Part shown: positions 1 to 10,200 of the stretch, piece by piece
How the letters are laid out: each line of letters starts with the position of its first letter
How positions within the stretch are numbered: the stretch's first letter is position 1
Source: a virus
Taxonomy: Duplodnaviria; Caudoviricetes
Length of the DNA: 28,310 nucleotides
IMG/VR virus record: IMGVR_UViG_3300042367_000084
Coordinates: 1 to 28,310 of that record
Strand: one strand, 5' to 3'
Program-made: the position numbers and the translations under genes
The notes under the pieces: generated by a model
The model's database searches: none
Told to the model about the DNA's origin: nothing
What the model saw: only the letters and a program-made list of their open reading frames with translations

Positions 1-1
1 A

Positions 2-352
2 TACTTGCATCAATACATGCGCAAAGAAGCAGTACAAGATGCACTTGAACGAGCACTAACGGAGATGCAGAATTATGTGGATGAAAATACGGAATTATTT
101 CCAAACGGGTTTACAGACTATTTTAGATTGGCTAACGCAAACCGTGTTTGTCATCACATCGCTAATGGTCGTATTAGTCCTTGGATTGTGTTTAACTGCG
201 ATTCGGGCATTGCATTCTTGGATACATTGGGCGAAGAGCAAATTACACAAATAATTGCAATGATTGACCCAGAGTATTGGCAACGTAAGTTTAAGGACTA
301 CTTAGCCGATACTGAATGGACTAAACAGATTTTAAAAGATGCAGGGCTATGA
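2..352 (+). CDS. Hypothetical phage protein, 5'-truncated by the window edge
   Basis: The frame is open from the window start. Its stop overlaps the next ATG (ATGA 349-352). No motif recognised. Confidence 0.75.
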   Translation, partial: YLHQYMRKEAVQDALERALTEMQNYVDENTELFPNGFTDYFRLANANRVCHHIANGRISPWIVFNCDSGIAFLDTLGEEQITQIIAMIDPEYWQRKFKDYLADTEWTKQILKDAGL

Positions 353-927
353 CCATTAAGTTTAATAGTGATATAGATATAGATTTTGCCGACCGAACAG
401 AGATATTGAATTTAATAGATCATGTACCTGCGAGCATACTAACTAATGGTAATTTTCGAAAACATGCGTCTGGAATCTATGCAACTGACATTCCTGTTGA
501 TCCATTTACAGGACAGGCAAGTTTAGATTATAATCTAGCTGAAGATCGCGGCTATGTTAAACTAGATTTTCTCAATGTTAATTTATATAAACAAGTTAAG
601 AACGAACAGCATCTAATTGAACTGATGCAAGAGCCGGACTGGGCTAAACTGTATGATCCAGACGTCTGTGCAAAACTTATGCACGTTAATGGGCACTATG
701 ATTTGTTACTACAGATGCCAGAGCCCGTAGATACTATTCCTAGACTGGCTATGTTCCTAGCTATCATTCGTCCCGCAAAAAGACACTTGGCTGGTAAGAC
801 TTGGAAGGAAGTTGCTGAAACTGTTTGGGATAAACCTGCGGATGATACTTATTATTTCAAAAAGGCTCACGGAATTGCGTACTCAAATCTGGTTGTGGTA
901 AATCTAAACTTACTTACATCTTCCTAA
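349..927 (+). CDS. Minimal DNA polymerase III alpha (DnaE/C-family)-like catalytic core, 192 aa
   Basis: Motifs collinear with DnaE: DIDIDF (cf. PDFDVDF), KHASG (KHAGG), GYVKLDFL (GLVKFDFL), LAIIRP (VALFRP), YFKKAHGIAY (FNKSHSAAY). Confidence 0.8.
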   Translation: MTIKFNSDIDIDFADRTEILNLIDHVPASILTNGNFRKHASGIYATDIPVDPFTGQASLDYNLAEDRGYVKLDFLNVNLYKQVKNEQHLIELMQEPDWAKLYDPDVCAKLMHVNGHYDLLLQMPEPVDTIPRLAMFLAIIRPAKRHLAGKTWKEVAETVWDKPADDTYYFKKAHGIAYSNLVVVNLNLLTSS

Positions 928-1285
928 TCAAGGTAATCGAACGACGTTTACTTCGTTTTGACGCAATTTCTCTTAGACTTACATACGGCCCATGTTGTAT
1001 TACAACATCTTTGCTGTTGAATGTTTTTAAACAAACTCTAAACTCTGTCCAATCCTGCTTTAAAAATACGTTAATGGGTATAAGCCTATTACTTTCCCAC
1101 CACCACTGATCTGCCATGGCTAAGAATACTGTTTTCTGCTCTATGGTACGCAGTGCAGCAAAGTCGTATATAGTGGTGATGAATTCATCTGCATTTTGAA
1201 CAATGCCAATATAATCATTTCCACCATACGTTATATACGATAAGAAGGGGTATTGATCGAGTAAATTCTTGTGACTGTCTTCCAT
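914..1285 (-). CDS. Hypothetical protein, 123 aa; the only convincing minus-strand gene
   Basis: Fills the gap between + strand genes, has globular composition and a GGA upstream, and a minus-strand TATAAATA lies at 1339-1346. Confidence 0.8.
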   Translation of the reverse strand: MEDSHKNLLDQYPFLSYITYGGNDYIGIVQNADEFITTIYDFAALRTIEQKTVFLAMADQWWWESNRLIPINVFLKQDWTEFRVCLKTFNSKDVVIQHGPYVSLREIASKRSKRRSITLIRKM

Positions 1286-1295
1286 TGAGTTCCGA

Positions 1296-1302
1296 CTAAA
1301 TA
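1296..1302 (+). promoter_or_regulatory. Putative late promoter (CTAAATA)
   Basis: TAAATA core in the intergenic gap before the structural gene at 1321. The same motif precedes many gene starts in this window. Confidence 0.55.
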
Positions 1303-1320
1303 TATAAAAGATGATCCAAT

Positions 1321-1812
1321 ATGCAGACTATCAAATCGTATTTATATCCAAATAAAATCATAGTTCAATTTCTGGACCCAGCCATCTTCACAGTGAGGAA
1401 TAGAGTCGTGTATAGCCGCCCAATTACAGTCTATCAAGGTATAGACAACCCGCTACAAGTTGTAGTTAACAATCAAGATCAAAAAACAATAAACACTACT
1501 GGTTACCTTGTGCAGTTAGATATACAAGATCCGATAAATCTTGGGTCTGTAGAAAGTCTAGCTGTGACTATGACTAATCCGACTAAAGGACAAGGCACCG
1601 TGACTATTCCACGAGATGTAGTTAACGCACTAGAGCAACGATTTTATAAAATAACAATTAAGTTAATTACAGTTAGCACTAATAAAGAGCAACCATTGTA
1701 CATTGATGACAATTACGGAGCTCAATTAGATTTAGAAGTATTACCGGGCTGGTATGAATCTATGCCGTTAACTTTAAATTCAGTAGAAGTAATCGATGGC
1801 GGAACAATTTAA
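1321..1812 (+). CDS. Probable virion structural/adaptor protein (BppU-like Ig fold), ending in IDGG
   Basis: Beta-rich 163-aa ORF with a VYQGIDN motif. Its stop overlaps the fibre gene start (TAATG). Confidence 0.65.
   Translation: MQTIKSYLYPNKIIVQFLDPAIFTVRNRVVYSRPITVYQGIDNPLQVVVNNQDQKTINTTGYLVQLDIQDPINLGSVESLAVTMTNPTKGQGTVTIPRDVVNALEQRFYKITIKLITVSTNKEQPLYIDDNYGAQLDLEVLPGWYESMPLTLNSVEVIDGGTI
1339..1346 (-). promoter_or_regulatory. Putative T4-type late promoter TATAAATA for the minus-strand gene, embedded in the CDS starting at 1321
   Basis: TATTTATA on the + strand is a perfect TATAAATA on the - strand, 54 nt upstream of ATG 1285. Confidence 0.55.
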
Positions 1813-4800
1813 TGACAATTTCATATGATAAACAAGTTTTAATTAAACGCGGTAATACTACTAGTGTTAGTAGTTATGTGGGTCCAATTGGCGAATTAGT
1901 ATTAAACACAGATACTTTTAAAGTATATGTACACGATGGCGTAACCGCTGGCGGGGTAGAAGTTACTGGATCAGGCGGCGGCAGTTATTCAAATGTTAAT
2001 GTTAAATCATACCTACAACAGTTTGATGGTAATATTGTTCCTACTGGCAACAACGTACATACCTTAGGCAGTGTCGATCACCAATGGAAAAGTTTATATG
2101 TAAGTAGTAATACAATTTATATTAATGGTATTCCGTTAAGCCTTGATATTGGCGGCAATCTTACAATAAATGGTAGCCCAATTAGCAGCACCATAACCTA
2201 CGGCGACATTAACGGTGCCCCGGTAGACATATCAGATTTAACTGACAGTGGCAACTTATTAATTGGTACTCCGGGCCCGCAGGGTCCTCAAGGAAATGTT
2301 GGTGCACAAGGCCCACAAGGCATTCAAGGCGAACCTGGTGCCACTGGCCCACGAGGCATACAAGGAAATGTCGGTGCTCAAGGACCACAAGGAGAGCAAG
2401 GCATTCAAGGAAATGTCGGTGCACAAGGACCACAAGGTGCTCAAGGCGAAGTCGGTGCAACCGGTGCACAAGGCATACAGGGAATACAGGGCAATGTTGG
2501 TGCTCAAGGAAGTACCGGTGCACAAGGCATTCAAGGCAATGTTGGTGCTACTGGCGCACAAGGCATACAGGGAATACAGGGCAATGTTGGTGCTCAAGGA
2601 AGTACCGGAGCACAAGGCATACAAGGCAATGTAGGCCCACAAGGAAGTACCGGAGCACAAGGCATACAAGGCAATGTAGGCGATCAAGGACCACGTGGCT
2701 TTACAGGTAATACAGGTGCAACTGGTGCACAAGGTGATACAGGTAATACAGGTGCAACTGGTGCACAAGGAACAAGTGTAACCCTATTAGGTAGTGTAGA
2801 TATTGTAGGTAACTTACCTGTAACTGCTAACGTGGGCGAAGGATGGATTGTTCAATCCAGTGGTAATTTATATCTATGGAATACTATATCAAGCACATGG
2901 AATGACATAGGACAGATTGTAGGGCCTCAAGGTGACCCAGGTGTACAAGGACCACGTGGCTTTACGGGCAACGTTGGTGCAGAAGGTCCACAGGGCATAC
3001 AGGGCGAACAAGGAATACAAGGCGAACAAGGCATACAAGGAAATATAGGTTCACAAGGCGAACAGGGCATACAAGGCGCACAAGGAATACAGGGCGAACA
3101 AGGAATACAAGGCGAACAGGGCATACAAGGCAATGTCGGTCCACAAGGCGAACAGGGCATACAGGGCGAACAGGGCATACAGGGCGAACAAGGAATACAG
3201 GGCGAACAAGGCATACAAGGAAATATAGGTTCACAAGGCGAACAGGGCATACAAGGCAATATTGGTGCTCAAGGACCACAAGGAGATCAAGGGCCACAGG
3301 GAGTTTCCGGAGCAGATGGCGCACCTGGAGCAGATGGTGCACAGGGACCAGCAGGTAATGACGGAGCACCCGGAGCAGATGCTTTATGGAACTTTACTGG
3401 TGCGTATGGTGGTGGCAATAGTTATGCTATCGGTGATGTTGCTACCTACGGTGGCGAAACTTGGTATCGCATTGATGCTAATGGCGGCAATACAGGTAAT
3501 ACACCCGCTGAAGGAACATTCTGGACTAAGATAGCAGAAAAAGGCGCTGCTGGTGTCGATGCTAATCCAGACGCTGTAGTCAACGGTCTATTTAATATTA
3601 CATTAAATGCCACCGGCGACTTTATTCCTAGTGCAGACATACTACAAGACCTAGGCAGTACTACAAAAAGATTCCGTCACTTATACGTTGGACCAGGATC
3701 AGTTTACATTGGTAACAATGTTATTACAGAAGCAGCAACAGGTGGACTAGTTCTTCCAGGTGTTACTCGTGCTACAGGCTATTACGCAGAAGAAGTTGAC
3801 GACGAAGATGAATGGGGCAGTAATCCCACTATCACAGGCACAGTTACAGTCATTGATGCTCAACGTTATGAAATACTAGCAGGACGACCAGCAAGTGCTA
3901 ATTACGCACCAGCAACTTATATAGCACAAAAAGACGGCAATAAAGTTGACGAAATAACTGTTGACGAAACTGGCGGCGGTTGGACTCAGACTGAAGCATA
4001 CTACGCTCGCGACAACAACATGTATGCTACTAACGTAGCAGATGCTATTAACAATTTTAACGCAGGCGACTGGCAACAGATTCCTTTCCGTGTAAATTTA
4101 AAAGCAGAAGACACAGAATACGAAGACATTTTTGGCGGTGGAACAACACTGCCTTCACAGTCTGGTCAAGAAGGAAAATTTTTAAGAACAGATGGCAGTA
4201 ATTTAAGTTGGGTCACAGTAACTGGCGGCAATGCCGACTTGGGTGATTTTAGCATTGACGGTAGTACACTTGAAGCTGATTCAATGACTATCAAAACCGT
4301 TGATGGTGAATTAAACATCGAGTCAGACAGTAATGTCTATGTTAAAGTCGCAGGCGGAACAAAGTATTGGTCATTTGCTAATGACGGAGTACTATCACTA
4401 CCAGAAGGCGGAGACATTAGAGACAGTAATGGTAGTTCAGTATTAGGTGGCAATGCCAACACTGGAGACTTTACATTCGACGCAGACACTATCACAAACA
4501 ATGACGGAATGAAACTGACTACCAATAGAGGCACATTGGCCATGGGTACTGACATGGAAGTGCCAGGTGTAGCACAACACTTCCACATTGCCTTTGACGG
4601 TAGTAATAGTAATCCGCCCGCTAGTGATCTGTTCTTAGGTGACGACAACAACTATGTTAAATTACCTGGATATGAACTCAACCCAACTGCTCAATATGGT
4701 GTGGAGATTGGCACAAACAACAGAGGCCTTGGACCACAGAATGTCGAAGTTAATGAAGTAGATGAACTTGTGCCACCTGGTGGCGTTTGGCGTTTCTTTA

Positions 4801-7028
4801 TTGACCACGACACCTATCCTAACTTGGGCTCTGCTGTTAGCGTAGGTGACACAGTGACCACATCATGGGGGACACCCATAACTGCCACAATTACAGACGT
4901 TGTTGAAGAACCTGGCAACTACTGGAAAATCCATGTTGCTCAAGATATTACCGCTGGATTTCTTGATGAGGGAGAAACAGTCTCATTTGGTGCTTCAGGC
5001 GACAGCCATACTTGGCGTTTTGGCACAGATGGCGGATTAGTATTCCCAGACGACACAGTTCAGACCACAGCCTACATAAGTGGCACTAACGCTAACACTG
5101 GTAACGTTGTATTCGACGGTAATCAAATGTATGTAGGTGGCACAGGTTTCTTAAATTTAGAAACCGATACCGGTGTTGCTGTTATTGGTACTAACGGTCC
5201 GCAACCATTACTTGTTAGTATAAACGAGGACGATAAAATATGGTCCTTTGATCCGGACGGTGGTATTACATTCCCAGATGCTACAGTTCAGACCACAGCC
5301 TACACTGGACAATCGGGCGGTAGTAGTACAGTAGTTCGCCAGGACACAGCACCTACAGCCTCAAATGGCACACTATGGTTTAACACAGTAGAAGGCAGAC
5401 TCTACATCAAGTATAGCGATGTTTGGGTAGATGCGGCTCCTTTAGTTCAACCTCCACCAGACACTGACATTGATGTTAATTCAATCACATTCCCAGACGC
5501 TACAGTTCAGACTTCAGCATACATTAATAGGTTGGACAACGGTGACTATACAGCATTGTTTAGTGAAGATGGGTGGTTAAGAGTACGCAAACCCAGCACT
5601 GAACAAAACTATTTTAACCTTGTACCGTTTAAAAACGAAGACGATACATATGGAGTACAAATTGACATAGACAATCAAGCAGGTTGGTCATTTTTAAACA
5701 ATGGTACTTTATCATTGCCCGCATCTAGCAATGACTTATATACAACAACTAACGCATTAATTAAATCTATCGCAGATATACAAATTAGTGCTGGAGATGA
5801 TGTAGGCAGTAATTGGGTGTTTGGCGGCAATGGTGATTTACTATTACCCCAAGGCAGCGTCATAGGTGAAACAGACACTACCACAGTTATTACACCGCCA
5901 GGAGCAAGTGCTGGTCAGAGTTTGGTTATTCGTCCAACTTCGATCACTGGAATTACTTCCAACTATCCAAGTGGATTTGCTGACGGTGATACTATTGTAT
6001 TATCTGTTACTCCTAATAATGGCGGCTCAGTAACCGGCACAGTGGATTACACATTTACAGGAGCCACTAGTGAGCAATTAGGTCGTGCGTTAACAGGCAC
6101 ATTGACATTTAGCAATGAAGGTTTTAAATCAATAACTTGGACTGTACCAGTATCAAGCAGTATCACAACCTTTACATTCACACTTAGCAATGCGTCAGGA
6201 TTTAGTATTAGTGCGCTTGCACCTTATACATTAACACGAACTGGTAGTAGTGAAACAAGTCACGTTCACCTTGTAGCAGGCGATCCCACAACCACTGACC
6301 TATATCTAGGTGATGATGACCAGTATGTCAAGATTGAGAAGAATGGCGGCGATGTTGTTATTGGCACTGACGCAAATACCAAACACTGGCGCTTTGATGA
6401 AACTGGTACTACAACATTACCAGGTGCCGTGGTCAACAGCACAGTGGCCAAGACTGGTGTAGTATTACCGACAACTACGGGTGTTGTTGACACACTGGCC
6501 CACGATTCTGTGCTGACCGGGCTAACTGATGCTACATACGGTCCGTTTACACGAGATGTAGTGACATTCAGTGTTGTGGTAACTAGCGGAGTTATTAATT
6601 CTTTCAGTAACATTACTGTCAGCGGTGATTTACCTGTTAACGCTGTAATAGGCACACTTGACAGCGGAGATATTAGTGGCACATCAGGTACTACTATTAC
6701 TTTGACAGTTGCTACAGTAGTACAAGCAACACCAACAGCCATAGACCTAACCAAATCTATCAACAAACTAACTGACGGTGTTTACACACTGGCCAACGGT
6801 GTAGAAGGGCAGATCATGTACCTAGTGGCACAAAATGGTGTTGTTCCGACTGACGTGAGTGTATTAGTTGCCAATAGTCGTAATATAGGCGTTGGCACGT
6901 TGTTGCCATTCAGCGTATACGACAATTCTGATGATAGTTATTATGGTAATATCGGTGGCTTCTGTACTTTAATCTTTACAGACGGTGCTTGGCAACAAAG
7001 TGGCGGAGCATGGGGTATAATAACTTAA
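1812..7028 (+). CDS. Long tail fibre-like protein: Mtd_N-type N-terminus, two collagen segments, CBM5/12-like module, repeated shaft modules
   Basis: VLIKRG...[12 protein letters not shown]...[10 protein letters not shown]-terminus; GXY repeats; W..Y..GD.ATY.G..W...W module at ~3387-3545; recurring WxFxxDGxLxF/LP motifs. Confidence 0.85.
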   Translation: MTISYDKQVLIKRGNTTSVSSYVGPIGELVLNTDTFKVYVHDGVTAGGVEVTGSGGGSYSNVNVKSYLQQFDGNIVPTGNNVHTLGSVDHQWKSLYVSSNTIYINGIPLSLDIGGNLTINGSPISSTITYGDINGAPVDISDLTDSGNLLIGTPGPQGPQGNVGAQGPQGIQGEPGATGPRGIQGNVGAQGPQGEQGIQGNVGAQGPQGAQGEVGATGAQGIQGIQGNVGAQGSTGAQGIQGNVGATGAQGIQGIQGNVGAQGSTGAQGIQGNVGPQGSTGAQGIQGNVGDQGPRGFTGNTGATGAQGDTGNTGATGAQGTSVTLLGSVDIVGNLPVTANVGEGWIVQSSGNLYLWNTISSTWNDIGQIVGPQGDPGVQGPRGFTGNVGAEGPQGIQGEQGIQGEQGIQGNIGSQGEQGIQGAQGIQGEQGIQGEQGIQGNVGPQGEQGIQGEQGIQGEQGIQGEQGIQGNIGSQGEQGIQGNIGAQGPQGDQGPQGVSGADGAPGADGAQGPAGNDGAPGADALWNFTGAYGGGNSYAIGDVATYGGETWYRIDANGGNTGNTPAEGTFWTKIAEKGAAGVDANPDAVVNGLFNITLNATGDFIPSADILQDLGSTTKRFRHLYVGPGSVYIGNNVITEAATGGLVLPGVTRATGYYAEEVDDEDEWGSNPTITGTVTVIDAQRYEILAGRPASANYAPATYIAQKDGNKVDEITVDETGGGWTQTEAYYARDNNMYATNVADAINNFNAGDWQQIPFRVNLKAEDTEYEDIFGGGTTLPSQSGQEGKFLRTDGSNLSWVTVTGGNADLGDFSIDGSTLEADSMTIKTVDGELNIESDSNVYVKVAGGTKYWSFANDGVLSLPEGGDIRDSNGSSVLGGNANTGDFTFDADTITNNDGMKLTTNRGTLAMGTDMEVPGVAQHFHIAFDGSNSNPPASDLFLGDDNNYVKLPGYELNPTAQYGVEIGTNNRGLGPQNVEVNEVDELVPPGGVWRFFIDHDTYPNLGSAVSVGDTVTTSWGTPITATITDVVEEPGNYWKIHVAQDITAGFLDEGETVSFGASGDSHTWRFGTDGGLVFPDDTVQTTAYISGTNANTGNVVFDGNQMYVGGTGFLNLETDTGVAVIGTNGPQPLLVSINEDDKIWSFDPDGGITFPDATVQTTAYTGQSGGSSTVVRQDTAPTASNGTLWFNTVEGRLYIKYSDVWVDAAPLVQPPPDTDIDVNSITFPDATVQTSAYINRLDNGDYTALFSEDGWLRVRKPSTEQNYFNLVPFKNEDDTYGVQIDIDNQAGWSFLNNGTLSLPASSNDLYTTTNALIKSIADIQISAGDDVGSNWVFGGNGDLLLPQGSVIGETDTTTVITPPGASAGQSLVIRPTSITGITSNYPSGFADGDTIVLSVTPNNGGSVTGTVDYTFTGATSEQLGRALTGTLTFSNEGFKSITWTVPVSSSITTFTFTLSNASGFSISALAPYTLTRTGSSETSHVHLVAGDPTTTDLYLGDDDQYVKIEKNGGDVVIGTDANTKHWRFDETGTTTLPGAVVNSTVAKTGVVLPTTTGVVDTLAHDSVLTGLTDATYGPFTRDVVTFSVVVTSGVINSFSNITVSGDLPVNAVIGTLDSGDISGTSGTTITLTVATVVQATPTAIDLTKSINKLTDGVYTLANGVEGQIMYLVAQNGVVPTDVSVLVANSRNIGVGTLLPFSVYDNSDDSYYGNIGGFCTLIFTDGAWQQSGGAWGIIT
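2265..2777 (+). repeat. Collagen-like Gly-X-Y tandem repeat, segment 1
   Basis: Uninterrupted [15 protein letters not shown] triplets, with near-exact nucleotide duplications. Confidence 0.95.
2922..3380 (+). repeat. Collagen-like Gly-X-Y tandem repeat, segment 2
   Basis: GEQ-GIQ 18-nt units (ggcgaacarggmatacar), then GAD/GAP triplets. Confidence 0.95.
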
Positions 7029-7029
7029 C

Positions 7030-7037
7030 GATAAATA
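7030..7037 (+). promoter_or_regulatory. Putative late promoter (GATAAATA)
   Basis: Lies in the 25-nt gap after the fibre gene stop, followed by an AGGA SD and ATG 7054. Confidence 0.65.
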
Positions 7038-7053
7038 CTAATAGGACAAGAAA

Positions 7054-7266
7054 ATGGCAATAACATTTCCAACAGAGCCCACACTAGGGCAAGAATACGT
7101 AGGTGACAACTCTGTGACCTACCAATGGACCGGCAGCATTTGGAGCGCACAAGTTCCTTGGCTAGCAGGTAGAGCACAGTATGTAGCAGAGGGCGGGTTT
7201 GCGGATCAAACCTACAACGATAACTTAGACAACACCATCGACGGTGGCAACGGAGCAAAACAATGA
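7054..7266 (+). CDS. Small virion adaptor-like protein, 70 aa (FPxxP...YxW...W; C-terminal IDGG)
   Basis: AGGA SD; ATGA overlap with the next fibre gene; motif typical of phage fibre-associated modules. Confidence 0.75.
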   Translation: MAITFPTEPTLGQEYVGDNSVTYQWTGSIWSAQVPWLAGRAQYVAEGGFADQTYNDNLDNTIDGGNGAKQ

Positions 7267-10200
7267 CAACAAGAATTAAACTACGCCGTGACATAGCGGC
7301 CAACTGGACACAAAATAATCCTGTACTGGCCGAGGGTGAACCAGGATTAGAAACAGATACTGGCAAGGTCAAGTATGGTAATGGTACCACTCCTTGGAAC
7401 AGTTTAGACTACAGTGGAGCCGGAGCTGCAAGTCTTACAGACGAAGGCAACGTTGTGATCACAGCAGGATCAACAGAGCATTGGATTGCCACACAGCGTA
7501 AAGAACAGGGAGGTACTACTCCCAGTGCTCTGCGTTATGACAGCCAAGGTAACCTGTACTCATTGACCAGAACCTATGACGACAGCGCCGATTACGATGT
7601 CACAGTTATTACCAAATACACAGCCACAGGCAACATAGCCTGGCAAAAAACATTTAGTGATACTTATCCGATAGCCCTAGCAGTGGACAGTTCAGATCGT
7701 GCTTACATTACTTTAGGAGCCGGCGACCCAGTAATCACAGTGATCAAGTTTGATATCATAGGTGAGATACTGTGGAAGAAAGACTATAACATTGGTCCGA
7801 TTCCAGCATACGGTGCTTACATTGAAGAAAAGAGCACTACTACATTGGCCTTAGCGATTATGATCGCCAGCGATGGCCCCGAACCTACCAATGTGTTGGT
7901 AATGGAAATTAGTGCTGCCAATGGTTCAGTGCTGTTGAAAAAATCCTTACAACAACCCGGCGATGTAATAGTGGTGGTCACTGGTATGGATGTTGATCCT
8001 GATGAGAATGTTTTTGTCACTGGTTGGTATAACGATGCCGGTGTTGGTAAGATGTTCATTGAAAAATTAGACGAAGACCTAGAGCCTGTATGGACTAAGA
8101 GTCTAGAAGCACCTGACAACTATGATATGTACGGTGGCGACTGTGCCTCAGATGCTCTGGGCAATATCTATGTGGTAGGTGCCTATGAAGTTGAAACTAC
8201 CAACAGTGATATCAATAACACTCCAGAAGCGTCTGCTGGCATATTGACCAAGTTAAATTCCAGCGGTGTAGTAATGTGGACACGCAGACTTGGCCCAGGA
8301 CCTTGCGGCAGTTGGATTGCGGGATTGACAGCCACAGCCACAGGCGATGTTTATCTATCATCCTTGACATTTGCCAAGAAAACTGGCCCACTACCTGGCG
8401 CTTCTGAATATGAACGACAAAATCTTGGACAGAACAAGATGATCGTGGTTCGCTATGACTCACAGGGCGAGGTAGTTTGGCAACGCTATGTTGATGTGGC
8501 CAACCTAGAAGAAGAGGAACCTGATGATCCAGAATTCACCCGCGGTCAGGCCATAGCAGTATTTGATGACAAGTTTGCGGTAGATGGATACGGCTACAGT
8601 TGGAATACCACACCGTTTGAAAGCGGCAGTACAGCAGACAACGAATACGATTACTTTGTGACACAGTTGCCTACAGAAGGCACAACATTGACCATCGGTG
8701 GTTTAAACTTTACAGAAAGCCGTGTGCCAGCTCGCTTTGTGACTCACACTACCAGCGACAGTCCTTTGACCCACGCAAACTGGGAAGAAACTATTACAGC
8801 AGAAACTTCTACACTGGTAGCAGACACTGATATTAAAATAGCCAACAGCCTAGTACAGAGCGAAACTTACCAATATACATTTGGTGCTGATGGTACACTG
8901 ACCATACCTAACGATGGCGATCTTAAACTAACACAAACACAGGTTGGTTGGCTTTTTGCCCTAGACGCCCGCGACGGCGGCGGCGACATTGAAGGCGATT
9001 GTATCGCAGTTGACTCACAGGGCAACAGTTACATAGCAGGTGAGGAGGATGACAATGACCGCACATTTGTAATGAAGGTCAGTCCTGAAGGCGATAGACT
9101 GTGGAGTATGAACATCGACGAAACTGACGACGGTGATTATGGTTATACAACCAGCCTCAAAATTCATCCTGTCACAGGCAATATTATGGTGCTAGGTGGA
9201 ATTTGGGACACTTACTCCTACGGCGTGTTGTACACTATAGATCAAGATACTGGTCGTCTTTTAAATGTTACAGAATTCAAAGACAGTGACGCTGACGTTG
9301 ACCCAACCACCATCGCCTATACCAACACAGGAGACTATGTGATAGGTGGTAGTAAGAACGGCGAGTTCAGTCCAGAGTATCCTGTAGTTCCACAAACAGG
9401 CAGTGGCACTGGTACTATTGTAATTTTAAGAAGTGCTGTTCCTGTTGACAACATCAGTACTAATTGGCAGATTGGCGGCACAGGTATTACACCGTTTCAA
9501 AGCATTGAGTACATAGAACGCTATCAAAATTTAACTGGCACAACCAGACAAGGTACAGGTGCTACATTTGACATCACCAACAACGGTGATGGTACTTATA
9601 GTGTTTCGGTTGTTAGTGGTGGTACAGACTATCTAGCAGGGCACAAGATCAAGATTTTAGGTACAAGTTTAGTTGGCGTACCTGGAGCAACACCGGACAA
9701 CGATATCATCATTACAGTAGGGAGTAGCAACGGCGGCGCCATTAACGGTATAACTCATACGGGAACAGCCGCTGGAACCACAGTGGCAACTGATACTGAA
9801 GTATCAGGCACTAACTACGAAGTAGGTTCAGGATTGGTGTTTACATTTGAAGGTCCTAGAGATACTAACGACTACAGCAATCGCTGGGGTGATAATATCA
9901 CCACAAACGGTTCAAACTATGTCAACGGTGATGTTGTTACTGTACTAGGTACAAGTCTGGGCGGCACCAGCCCTGCTAACGATCTAACCATTAACCTCTA
10001 TAAAGACGAGTCTAATTTTTACATTGACAGTAGATCAGGCACAGCACAAAGCACAACTTGGAAGATAGAAACAACCGCACAGGTTGACTTTACCGATGTT
10101 GAAGGTGCTTGGAGCATTACCTATTCAAGACAAAATGAATGTCTACTGATCACTCCCACTTGGCAGCGTACATTTGGCACAGGTACAGATAGTGATGATA

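Noticed and set aside
2265-3380. CRISPR-like array or non-coding tandem repeat
   Set aside because: The units are multiples of 9 nt, in frame, encode Gly-X-Y, and have no unique spacers.
2209-3534. Cys/Pro-rich and other alternative-frame ORFs (e.g. MPCMPCSPC)
   Set aside because: Shadow ORFs arising from collagen codon periodicity; no independent initiation signals.
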